Source: Octopus sinensis (taxonomy: Eukaryota). Taken from it: a DNA stretch of 50,329 nucleotides. The DNA lies in contig NW_021834334.1 of assembly GCF_006345805.1 (NCBI RefSeq), positions 1 through 50,329 of the forward strand. Direction: 5' to 3'. Every line of letters begins with the position of its first letter. Within the stretch, counting starts at the first letter, position 1. The notes under the pieces are model-generated. The model saw nothing but the letters and a program-made list of their open reading frames with translations. It had not been told where the DNA came from and searched no databases. The position numbers and the translations under genes are program-made. Below, in pieces: positions 1 to 10,880 of this stretch.

Positions 1-670
1 TTCTGTTAGAATATTACAAATTGTATATGAATGCATAATTTCGTATTAATGTATACACACGTATATGTGTGAGTGTGTGTTTGTGTACATATGTGCGTGT
101 GTACATATGGAGTGATAGAACTATCGATTGAAGCGAATAAATACAAGATTCTTACGAGTTCAAATATGTTTGAGGCATATTCGAACACGTAACGAAACCA
201 TTCATAAAATTTCTCGCTGTAGACAAATAAGTGAAAATACACCGAATCAATTCACAGCGACCCCTAACGAGATCGTTGGATGCATGCATTTCGGAGTTAT
301 TGTCTCCTCTTCAGCGACATATATACATATACATGTTAGACACACTCTCTCACACACACCACAACACAACACAACACACACATACGTACATACATATATA
401 CATACATACATACATACATACACACATATATCTACATACATGCTCATACAGAGGCATACATGTACATATGTATATATGTACATGTATACACACACACACA
501 CTCACACACACACGCACGCACACACGCACGCACACACGTACAAACAAATGCATACACGTGTAGGAACCTTTTCTCTCTATACTTTATTAAGTTCTAATTC
601 ATTTCTAATAATTTCAGATACAGGGATGCTGTCAAGCCGCACCCCAGACTGGTGGCATGGGCACGCCCAC

Positions 671-764
671 CACGCCCAACAATGATCGGTACTACACAAT
701 TCTGCCTCCCCCACACGCCCAACAATGATCGCTACTAAACAATTTTGGCCTCCCCCACACGCCC
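671..764. repeat. ~43-44 bp GC-rich tandem repeat, ~2.2 copies
   Basis: CACGCCCAACAATGATCG..TACTA.ACAATT..GCCTCCCCCA starts at 671 and 714; a third CACGCCC starts at 758. Confidence 0.8.
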
Positions 765-1016
765 TCAATAATCATGTCATCTCCCCGTCAGCACAACCAC
801 CAACATCCCTGCCAACATCTTTGCCCCAACGATATTATAAATAATTGAAACTCAGTACTATGGCTTCCATAGAAAATGTCCTTCCGTTAAAATACTCTCT
901 ATATTATTGGTATCGTTTTGCTATAGAGTAGAAGCAAAGACTGAAGTATGATTCGTATGTACTCGTCTGGGCGTGCGTGAATGTATGTATACGTACATAC
1001 ATCTCTGTCTGTCTGA

Positions 1017-1401
1017 GGTAAGTAGCTTGCTTACCAACCACATGGTTCCGGGTTCAGTCCCACTGCGTGGCACCTTGGGCAAGTGTCTTCTACTACAGCC
1101 TCGGACCGACCAGAGCCTTCTGAGTTGATTTGGTAGACGGAAACTGAAAGAAGCCTGTCGTATATATATTTAATTATGTGTGTGTGTGTTTGTGTGTCTA
1201 TGTTTGTCCCCCCCAACATCACTTGACAACCGATGCTGGTGTGTTTACGTCCCTGTAACTTAGCGCTTCGGCAAAAGAGACCGATAGAATAAGTACTAGG
1301 CTTCCAAAGAATAAGTCCTGGGGTCGATTTGCTCAACTAAAGGCGGTGCTCCAGCATGGCCACAGACAAATGACTGAAACAATTAAAAAGAAAAAGAGAA
1401 T
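1017..1401 (+). mobile_element. tRNA-derived SINE, family A (CORE-like), slightly 5'-truncated, with internal (TA)/(TG) microsatellite
   Basis: B-box-like GGTTCAGTCCC, CORE-like GCACCTTGGGCAAGTGTCTT, 3' part ending GGCGGTGCTCCAGCATGGCC..ATGACTGAAAC plus A-rich tail; more than 10 homologous copies in the window. Confidence 0.9.
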
Positions 1402-1465
1402 AAATATGTATGTGTATGCGTGTATGCACATGTGTGTGTGTATGTGTATATGTGTGTGTGTGTTA

Positions 1466-1546
1466 AATAAAATGAGATAACAAGTCCAAGGTAACGTGAT
1501 GCCCTAGAAATACCACATTGCCTTGACCGTGTTATCTCATTTTATT
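1466..1546. repeat. 35-bp-arm imperfect inverted repeat (hairpin)
   Basis: AATAAAATGAGATAACA..CAAGGTAACGTG (1466-1500) is the near reverse complement of 1512-1546; 11-nt loop. Confidence 0.8.
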
Positions 1547-1899
1547 CAGCATATACACGCTCACACACGACCCGCGTCAGACTCCTGACTCACACCATTA
1601 TTGAACCGGGAGTCCAGAAGCGGTTCTTCCATAGAACCTACATAGCTTCACCTACCTTTTGGGTCTTCTGGATACCAAAACCTCTCTCATATATATACAT
1701 ATATAATTTTGGTGGGGAACAGTGGATCTTGAAGCACCTAAAGCTAGCCATAGCGTGTCCCACAGGTACTATTGGACTTTTTCAACCCAATATTTCCATG
1801 CTTTTATGTATAGCTATACCTACATGTATATGTTTTACTTAAATCAGTCAATAATCGGCGTCTATGTACCACACACTTGCGTAGATGTAGAAACGAAGA

Positions 1900-2290
1900 G
1901 CGCCTCCTTCAGCAGGTGTTCAAAGACTTTACCATCCATGCTGACACATCCTTTCATTCCATCATGGAATTATACTTTGAGTGTTTTGTTTTTCTTGGCT
2001 ACGGTCAACCATATTTATACAATACACAATAGATATGTTAACATCTAGCAATACCGGTTCCTGAAGTACTTTTTACAGAGTGGAAACGCCTTTTTCAGTG
2101 AGAATTCCACTTTCAAAACAATGCATGCATTCGTCCAAAAAGATAACTGGTCTTGTGTTACAGCAAATGCATCATTGCTCTTTCTTCTACAGAGAGTTCT
2201 AATCAAAGAATAGGGGTACATCACCGCTAATTGTTGGATAGGTGCTGGCAGGTTTTGTTTTTCACTTTACAACGAAACCCACCTTTCCTA
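1900..2290 (-). mobile_element. Highly degraded RTE-clade LINE reverse transcriptase fragment
   Basis: Minus-strand pieces in the expected order, with frameshifts and stops: LKKAF(H)SV (cf. DLxKAFDSV), VLYKYG*P (cf. LxKFGCP), FHDGMKGCVSMDGKVFE (cf. RTE FHDGMxARVxxDG). Confidence 0.55.
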
Positions 2291-2399
2291 CCAAGTAGAC
2301 TTGGTAGAGTTGCCGTTTTAGTCAAAATGGCCCGACCATGCTACAGGTTGTGTTGGATGGCACGTTACCAGTGGCACTGGTTACATACATAAATATATA

Positions 2400-2641
2400 C
2401 AGTGATTATTCCATCTTTATAAATGATTGTCGTCTCTCTGAGCTTCCTTGCTGTAAATGGCATTTATGACATTCCGCCTATGACCTCTCAGGTGATTATT
2501 TAGTCCCGTTGCAGATATGTATGGTTTGAAACATACGTGACAGATAGAAATTGCAATTTCTACTGGATTGATCGGATCACTTTGTGAGATATGATACCCG
2601 TGAACTACCATACATCTCCTGAAACCCAAATTTACCTGCAA
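2400..2641 (-). mobile_element. Probable RTE LINE 3' end with C-terminal C2H2 zinc finger
   Basis: ORF 2417..2641 contains CHVCFKPYISATGLNNHLRGH (C-x2-C-x3-Y-x5-L-x2-H-x3-H, 2480-2542). A single finger of this GLxxHxRxH type ends many RTE ORFs. A short UTR and TA-rich tail follow. Confidence 0.5.
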
Positions 2642-2904
2642 GCCCTTTCACACACTACATATGTCGAATCATCCGTCCTATGAAGAAGATATAAATACAT
2701 AAATACAGACCAAGCCGCCCACACATATATCTATACATCATTATTGACTCCCGACACTTGTACATATCCACACACCCAGAACCCTGTTGATATTGAAATT
2801 CCAGTCCAGGAGCTTGGATTTAGATAAGAAACCGACTCTTTCTCTATTGCCAATATATCTAAAAATAATACTACTTGCCATACACATACACACATATGCA
2901 ATAT

Positions 2905-2948
<44 letters not shown>

Positions 2949-3010
2949 ATCTTACGAAGCTGTACTTGCATAGCAAGTGACATGAACTGAGGTCGTGTGC
3001 TGGAACGAAA

Positions 3011-3236
3011 ACAATTGCAGCGTGGAAGGTGTTTATAAGCCATTTAAAAAACACAAAAAAAGCCTTAAATTCACTTCAGCATTTAAATTTAATTTGCAAA
3101 AATATTTTCGTTGCTTTGAGACAGCGCTCTGATTACTGATAAAATGCACGGCAAATTAAATTTAAAGGCTCAAGTGAATCTAACGGTTTTTGTGTGTTTC
3201 TTAAATGGCTTATAAAAAGCTTCCACGCTACAATTG

Positions 3237-3237
<1 letters not shown>
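3011..3237. repeat. Foldback element with 87-bp inverted arms, embedded between (TA)n tracts; probable Penelope pseudo-LTR derivative
   Basis: 3011-3097 is the imperfect reverse complement of 3151-3237. The 53-bp spacer holds a minus-strand GAAA-ATAT-TT hammerhead-like remnant. (TA)n lies on both flanks. Confidence 0.75.
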
Positions 3238-3275
<38 letters not shown>

Positions 3276-3286
3276 TATATATATAC

Positions 3287-3395
<109 letters not shown>

Positions 3396-3445
3396 TATAT
3401 ATACATGAACTCCGGTCATTTTTCATAGCATTTTCCCGTTGGCTG

Positions 3446-3506
3446 GATAACTGAAGAGATGATGGCGTGGATTTCCACCCTGACATCCAAAACTCAGAGT
3501 TTTATC
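3446..3506 (+). ncRNA. Type I hammerhead ribozyme motif with G12A core change (probably inactive relic)
   Basis: GATAA-CTGAAGA-GATG..GTGG ATTT CCAC..CATC-C-AAAA-CTC A GAG-TT-TTATC: stem I GATAA/TTATC, intact CUGANGA, stem II, near-palindromic stem III, GUU site; GAAA reads AAAA. Confidence 0.65.
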
Positions 3507-3661
3507 ATGTCTACCGAATAATTGTCACATATTACATTTACAGATAAATTCCTCTTTTTACATAATATCGAGGTCTCTTTCTTTTGTTGTCTTACCATTT
3601 TTATCAATATATATATATCTTCATACAAACGATTTCAAGTGATATTGAAAGGTAATTATGT

Positions 3662-3856
3662 ATCCTCCCACCATCGCTTGACAACCAATGTTGGTGTGTT
3701 TACGTCCCTGTAGCTTAGACGTTCGGCATAAGCTGCCGATAGAATAAATACCAGGCTTACAAAGAATAAGTCCTGGTGTCGATCGGTTCGACTAAAGGCG
3801 GTGCTCCAGCATGGCCGTAGTCAAATGACTGAAACAAGTAGAAGAATAAAAGAATA
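3662..3856 (+). mobile_element. SINE family A, 3' half
   Basis: Homologous to 1205-1400 (CATCGCTTGACAACC...GGCGGTGCTCCAGCATGGCC...GAAACAAGTA). Confidence 0.85.
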
Positions 3857-4170
3857 TGAATATATACAGAAGCGTGTCTAAATAAACCCGGTGTATCATT
3901 CATTGTTTAGTGCAGCATGCTAAATTAACAGAGCCTTTGTAAATAGACCACGCCCACTCTTTACATTCGGTGAGGCGTTAGAAGAAAGTAACGGGAGAGT
4001 CAGTCGTAAGGAGAAAGAAGGGAAGAGTATAACAAAACGAGAAAGGGAGAGAGAAGAGGGAGAGAGAGTGAGGTGGGGGGGGGAAGAAGAGAAAAAGGTG
4101 GGCGTAGAAGAGGTGATGTAATGACTCCTACAAACAGAACATTTTTAGGAGAATGAGAGAGAGAGAGGGG

Positions 4171-4201
<31 letters not shown>

Positions 4202-4825
4202 GGAGAGAAAACAGTGTGAGAACGAGAGAGAATAGAGTGTAGATGGGGGAAAGAAAGATTGTAGGCAAGAGTTATTGTTTAGCCCTAGGACACCTATGCT
4301 CAAACAGCCATACATATTCTGTTTCTTCTTTTTTCCGATTTACTCCTGTTACTTTTCTTTTTCTTATTGAAATGGCATATTCAGCGTTAGTTCACATTGT
4401 CCAAAGTGTCCTTTTCTACTATTAGGAGGATTTAACTCTTATTTCTACTACACCGCATGACCACATGGGGACTTAGTCAATGTCTTCTTTGAGTAACAGA
4501 GTGTTCAAATGCAATGAGAGCTACCTGTTATGCTGGATATTGCCATTGAAGAATCTCTTTAGTATCCTCCTGTAACGTTCTGAGTTCAATCCTCACCGAA
4601 ATCAACTTTACATTCTTCCTGGGTCAATGAAATACTGTACAGTACAGCACAGTCATATTCTAGCTGGAAGCTATGTAATCCGCTGGATCACTACAACGGA
4701 ATCTATTTGCTAGCCGACTTAAAGGCTGGCTGGTTGGTAGGTTGGTTGTTTCCCTAGTCACGCTTTACATCGCATTCAGAGAAGAGGAGAGAGTGTGAAA
4801 ATGAGATACAGGATGTGTGCATATA

Positions 4826-6060
4826 CTAGGATTGTGGACCTTTGAACACTAGACTGTTGTAGTAACTTGTCCTGAATTTAGATGAAGTGGATAGTACCTT
4901 CGGTCCAATACAATGTTGACCAGTTCTGGCATTTCTATAACACTGAATGCCAAAGTTAGGTACTAGCCCTTCTAAGGTTTTCCATATATATATTATTGCA
5001 TATCTCTCATACCTTCGCTCCAGGGAGTAAAACTGTAGTTTTCTCAGCCTATCCCTGCAGCTCATCCATTGCACTGTTTCAATCTTTTTTGTGTAGTGGC
5101 GTTGGACTGCTTCAAGCTCCGCTGTTAGTTTGGCAGCATGTGGTGACCATAACTAGGAGCAGTAGTTCAGGAGGCTGAGAACAAAGATTCTCTACAGGGT
5201 CAACATAGTTTCTTCGTCTCTTGTCTTGAAGGACCTCAGTATCCATCCTCCCAGCTGTCTGCACTTTGCTGCCATCTTGCTAATGTGCATATATGATGCG
5301 TCACTGCACATATTATTTCCCAAGACTTTGACTGCCTGTAACTCTGGGATTGTAGTGCCTTCAGGTCCTGTAAATGTAGATTGTACTGTATTCATGAGTT
5401 GAAATGTTCCAGCATTAAACAGCATGTTGTTTATTTCGGCCCACTTGTATATTGAATTTAGGTCCCGCTATAAGCTTGTGACATCATCTTGGTTTTTCTA
5501 TTGCCTGTGATAAATTTGTAGAATAGCTAGTGACAGTGGCTGTCCGGGTGACTGTAGGCATGTCTAAGAGGGCTATTATGGATAATAATGGCCCCAGAAC
5601 AGTTCCCGGGGGCGGAGGGCACCACTTAAAATTTGAGTTCAGAAAGGGCACCATTGGCTGCAACTATCTGACTTCTGTTTTTAAGGAAGTCATGCAGCTG
5701 CTCTCCCAGTTTACCAGCAATGCCAAGGTCCCGTAGCTTATGACTACTCATGCGATGATCTACCTTATCAAATGCCTTTGCAAAGTCAAGTTATATCACA
5801 CTGACATCTGAATGGTCAAGCAGCTGTTTCAAAACCCAGTGATAGTGCAGTAGGAGCTGTGTGAAGCAGCTTCTTCCTGGACGGATACCATGCTGAGTAT
5901 TGTTTAGTAGGTCATTTTCTTCTAGGAAGATTATCAACTTCTTTCAGATGGTTCGCTCTATGACTTTACTGATAGGTGAATTCAGAGAGATTGGCCTGTA
6001 GTTTTTGACCTCTGCTCTGCTTCCACCTTTGTGGATAGGGCATATAATACGTTCTTTCAG
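4826..6060 (-). mobile_element. Degraded LINE ORF2 (CR1/Jockey-group) RT and C-terminal region
   Basis: Minus-strand translation in order: ICPIHKGGSRAEVKNYRPISL, TQHGIRPGRSCFTQLL, LDFAKAFDKVDH, GTVLGPLL, GWILRSFKTRD, RLRKLQFYSLERRYERYAIIYIWKTLEGLVPN; multiple stops and frameshifts. Confidence 0.9.
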
Positions 6061-6285
6061 CTATGGCATTCTGAAGACGTCGATTAGTCTCTGAACAACG
6101 TTTGAAACGTAGTAGTCTATAAGATTTAAATCTGGTGATCACATGGTTTGGTTGGCCTGATACAAGGGTCTTCTAGTATAGCCTCGGGTCCACCAAACGA
6201 TGTGATCACCAGATTTAAATCTTTCAGACTACTACGTTTTAAACGTTGTTCAGAGACTAATGGACGTCCTCAGAATACCATAGCT
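6059..6285. repeat. Near-perfect 94-bp-arm hairpin (foldback/MITE-like) at the upstream edge of the LINE
   Basis: 6059-6152 versus the reverse complement of 6192-6285 shows about 7 mismatches by eye; 39-bp spacer; both ends are AGCT. Confidence 0.9.
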
Positions 6286-6849
6286 TCACTGAAGTCTAGC
6301 TTTGTCCAGGTAATGTCTGAAATGAAAAGAACCATTTAGTGCAGGGACGATGTCATCTCTTCCGGTCCCACATTGAAACAGTCATCGAAGCTGGAGACGT
6401 ATTCATAGAATAATTTTATAAAAAAGCTAATCGGGAACATCTGCTTAATTTCTTTTTTAAAATACATTTTCTTTTCACTAGATAAGAGTTGTTTGTATTT
6501 TAAATTACCACATATATCCTCAAATACCCCTCACACTCTATTCTTACTGAGTTGCTTTGGTCTCCTGTATAACTCGTGTCGTGAAGGAAATATCTCCATT
6601 TATAAATTTCTCTTTTGAAAACTTTCAAATAAATAATCGTAATTTTGTTTACTTTTCAAATGCCATGGGGGGAAAGCTTGGCTCTTCTAGACCAAAACAC
6701 TGACAAAACTATGTTCCCCTTGTCGATGTTGTTGTTGTTGTTGTTACTGTTGATTGTCGAAACTACTGAAAAATATTTGTGCCACAATTAGCGACGGAAA
6801 GGTTCTGTAATTATAATGGCACAGAGTAAGAAATAAGCAGGAAGTTTTT

Positions 6850-7365
6850 AGTATGATGATGAGGATGAGGATGATGATGATGATGCTGGTTATCAACATC
6901 ATTATCTCTCTCTTCTTTGCCTTATAATAATCGTCGTCATTATCTCCTTCCGTCTGTTCTTTTTCATCCTCATCAATCTTCTCACCACCACTACCAAAAC
7001 CAAGACCATCCCCTTTATCATCATCGTAACCATCATCATCACCGTCATCATCATCACCGTCGTCGTCATCATCATCATCATCATCATCAACATCATCATC
7101 ATCGTCATCATCATCATCATCATCATCATCGTCGTCGTTGTCGTCATCATCGTCTTCGTCGTCGCCGTCATCATCATCATCACCGCCATCATCATCATCA
7201 CCGTCATCACCATCAACATAGGCGTCGTCGTCGTCATCGTCTTCCTCCTCCTCCCTCCTCCTCCCCCTCTTCCTCCTCCTCCTCATCATCAACATCATCA
7301 TCATCGTTGCCACATCACCACCATTTTCACAACAATCCTCACCTTTATCATAATCGCCATCATTA
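6850..7365. repeat. (CAT/CGT/CCT)n trinucleotide low-complexity tract
   Basis: Read directly; source of the poly-D, poly-H and poly-M ORFs. Confidence 0.9.
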
Positions 7366-7646
7366 ATATCACCACTATCAATATCATTCCCTTCTCCCCA
7401 CCCCCAGCCTCCTTATGTTCATTATCCTCACAGAAGAAAAACCTGTGATGTCACTTCTAATAATTTGTTTCCGCTGTATTAATAGGAGAACGAACGAACG
7501 ACAGACACAGAATGTGTACGTGTGTATGTGATGTGCTTAAAACCATCCGTGCCTTCTTTTACTTGCATGAGAATATGTGTATGTATTATGTATATATGCA
7601 TAGATACGCGTTGGTCTCTTTCTGGTTAGTCAGGATCCAACTTAAT

Positions 7647-7993
7647 CAGGGATTCTCAAGCATTTTTAACCATGTACCCCTTTGATTACTATTTTATTCT
7701 GGTGGATCCCATAACCGTTCGATGTTTAAAAACTAGTTTTACAGAAACTTCTTTCAAAATTTCTGTTTTGTTTTTCACACGTTCACTCGTGTAGGTTGGA
7801 CTATGTAGAACGTTCGAGAATGGAACTTAGCTGCTTCTTGTAATACATAGCAATGCATATATCTAAAGCAAATTATTTTCAGGGTCCTTTAAAATACTAT
7901 GTTGATTCCCAATTAACTAATTTGTTTTGTGGAACTCCCAAAAATTTTATATGTACATTCAAGGGCCATATGAACTCCGCTAGAGAGCCACTT
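7647..7993. mobile_element. Possible degraded hAT-type MITE
   Basis: Left end CAGGGATTCTCAAGC and right end GCTAGAGAGCCACTT form a degenerate TIR of the CAGGG/CAGTG..TTCTCAA type; no clear 8-bp TSD seen. Confidence 0.4.
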
Positions 7994-8107
7994 ACTTCAA
8001 TCAAAACCGCATCACCGGGATTTCTTCACAGATCGTTTCTCACGGAAACTAAAGAAGAAATATTCGAAAACTTGAAGGAGCCGTCAAGATCCAGAAAAGA
8101 AGGATTC

Positions 8108-8254
8108 CAGTTTCCGTCTCACAAATTTACTCATGAGGCGTTGGTTAGCATAGAGCTATCGTAAAAGACATTCAACTAAAGCGCCACTCTATGGGACAGA
8201 TTCCGAAAGCTCATGATAATAAAGCGAATGTCTTATCTAGACAACAATGCTTGC
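8108..8254 (-). mobile_element. Old, diverged SINE family A 5' half
   Basis: CAGTTTCCGTCTCACAAATTTACTCATGAGGCGTTGG... aligns loosely with minus copies such as 26387-26596. Confidence 0.6.
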
Positions 8255-8364
8255 ATTTTTATATAATTATTTGGTTTTATGTTACTACTCGTATATATTT
8301 TGGTACATATGTTTACCGAATGGTCCTATCGTCATGAGTTCGGCATGAACTATGACATCTATGT

Positions 8365-8404
8365 TTCACTATGAAGTTATTATAAAAACGAAACATGTCC
8401 TGAA
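8365..8404 (+). ncRNA. Degenerate minimal type I hammerhead relic
   Basis: TTCA-CT(-)ATGA-A-GTT..AAC-GAAA-CATG-TC-C-TGAA: palindromic stem III ACATGT, GUC site, stem I TTCA/TGAA; G5 is missing. Confidence 0.4.
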
Positions 8405-8516
8405 TTACCTCCCGTGGCTGAAGTAATTGAATCAGTATTAGACAATAACAAATTTAGTTTTACCCAACACATAATCATTTCGTGCTAGTTTTATTATTAT
8501 TATTATTATTATTATT

Positions 8517-8997
8517 GAGTGAGCGAGCAGAGCATGCCATCAAAGTGACACTGGGGTAAAATATACGAAGCCCAGTATACCCATCATGACTACCCGTCTG
8601 ATAAGGGTACACCAGGCACATGCATCACAACCATATGTGCGCGACATGGTGATCTCATATCAAGATAAACAGCACATGACCTTGCAGGTGGAGCCCAGTT
8701 AGAATTTTCTTCAGATCGAGTAACCCATCCTGCTCAAAAGGTCCCTGAATAAGGGTTGTTTAAGGACGTTGAACGAAACACCCATATTTCCAGAGGTGAA
8801 TTATTCAAACCCCAAAGAATCCTTCTCAACACATGGCTATGATGCTCCCCCACTACTTCTGCTCGTGATCAGAGATGCACATATCGTCAGCCACTAAGGG
8901 ACATGCTCAACTGGTTAAGGTCAAACAACTGACAAGCAAATCTGTGGTATTGAGCAGAATATTTACTGTAGCCCATCTTTTATACCAAGACAAAACA

Positions 8998-8998
<1 letters not shown>
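8517..8998. mobile_element. (ATT/TAA)n-embedded interspersed repeat, copy 1 (482 bp, truncated)
   Basis: Near-identical to 9089-9570; homologous to 9665-10210 and 34065-34614; (ATT)n on both sides. Confidence 0.85.
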
Positions 8999-9040
<42 letters not shown>

Positions 9041-9048
9041 TATTATTA

Positions 9049-9088
<40 letters not shown>

Positions 9089-9570
9089 GAGTGAGAGAGC
9101 AGTGCATGCCATCAAAGTGACACTGGGGTAAAATATACGAAGCCCAGTATACCCATCATGACTACCCGTCTGATAAGGGTACACCAGGCACATGCATCAC
9201 AACCATATGTGCGCGACATGGTGATCTCATATCAAGATAAACAGCACATGACCTTGCAGGTGGAGCCCAGTTAGAATTTTCTTCAGATCGAGTAACCCAT
9301 CCTGCTCAAAAGGTCCCTGAATAAGGGTTGTTTAAGGACGTTGAACGAAACACCCATATTTCCAGAGGTGAATTATTCAAACCCCAAAGAATCCTTCTCA
9401 ACACATGGCTATGATGCTCCCCCACTACTTCTGCTCGTGATCAGAGATGCACATATCGTCAGCCACTAAGGGACATGCTCAACTGGTTAAGGTCAAACAA
9501 CTGACAAGCAAATCTGTGGTATTGAGCAGAATATTTGCTGTAGCCCATCTTTTATACCAAGACAAAACAA
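9089..9570. mobile_element. (ATT/TAA)n-embedded interspersed repeat, copy 2 (482 bp, same truncation point)
   Basis: Differs from copy 1 at about 3 positions seen by eye; ends at GACAAAACAA as copy 1 does. Confidence 0.85.
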
Positions 9571-9585
9571 TTATTATTATTATTA

Positions 9586-9654
<69 letters not shown>

Positions 9655-9664
9655 TATTATTATT

Positions 9665-10208
9665 GAGTGAGAGAGCAGTGCATGCCATCAAAGTGACACT
9701 GGGGTAAAATATATGAAGCCCAGTAAACCCATCATGACTACCCGTCTGATAAGGCTACACTAGGCACATGCATCACAACCATATGTGCGCGACATGGTGA
9801 TCTCATATCAAGATAAACAGCACATGACCTTGCAGGTAGGGCCCAGTTAGAATTTTCTTCTGGTCGAGTAACCCATCCTGCTCAAAAGGTCCCTGAATAA
9901 GGATTTTTTTATGGATGTTGAACGAAACACCTATGTTTCCAAAGGTGAATAATTCAAACCCCCAACACACGGCTATGATGCCCCTCCCATACTACTTCTG
10001 CTCGTGATAAGAGATGCCTATATCGTCAGTCACTAAGGGACATGATCAACTGGTTATGATCAAACAACTGACAAGCAAATAAGTAGTATTGAGCAGAATA
10101 TTTGCTGTAACCCATCTTTTTTACCAAGACAAAACAATGTACATGGTAACACTTCCAATCAGTTAAGATCAGAAGCCACGATATCTACGGCCTGGTACTG
10201 CATCAGGG

Positions 10209-10210
<2 letters not shown>
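9665..10210. mobile_element. (ATT/TAA)n-embedded interspersed repeat, copy 3 (longer, more diverged)
   Basis: Same GAGTGAGAGAGCAGTGCATGCC start; extends to TGGTACTGCATCAGGGCA like copy 4. Confidence 0.85.
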
Positions 10211-10264
<54 letters not shown>

Positions 10265-10314
10265 CATCGTGCAGTGGAGAATAATAGCCTTTCAACACAT
10301 TCAATTATTAATTT

Positions 10315-10502
10315 CACATCACCATCACCACCACCACCACCACCACCACAAAGACCAAAACCACCACCACCACCACCACCAAGACCAAAATCACCACCAC
10401 CACAAAGACCAAAACCACCACCACCACCACCACCACCACCAAGACCAAAATCACCACCACCACCACTACCACCACCACCACCACCACCACCACCACCACA
10501 CC

Positions 10503-10534
<32 letters not shown>

Positions 10535-10880
10535 CAACACAACTACTACTACAACAACAAAATCAACATCACTGCCACCACCAACACTACCACCATCGCT
10601 ACCACCGCTTAAATCTACCTGTTACAACCACCTCCGCCACTACCAACATCAACACCACTTTTATCAACCTGCTACAACGACGACGACGACCACCACGACC
10701 ACGACCACCATCACCACCATCAGCACTACTATCATCGTACAATGCCACGAAGGCACCCAAGCCTCAAAACAGATCAAGCGTCTATACTTCCATCCACCCC
10801 GTCTACCCCATCCACCCCATTTACACCATTCACCCCGTCTACCTCATCTACCCCGTCTACCCCGATTTCCCCGACTGCCC
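10315..10880. repeat. Compound (CCA)n/(CAA)n tract with AAGACCAAAA higher-order units, then a 9-bp CCCCGTCTA-like repeat
   Basis: Read directly from sequence. Confidence 0.85.

Noticed and set aside
6744-7366. Poly-Asp, poly-His and poly-Met ORFs (also at 13968-14304, 22931-23827, 32812-33519, 34818-36313)
   Set aside because: Trinucleotide microsatellites lack stops in most frames; no coding signal.
8875-9090. Repeated ORF MHISSATKGHAQLVKVKQL (also 9447..9707)
   Set aside because: Lies inside the duplicated TAA-associated repeat and runs into the microsatellite.
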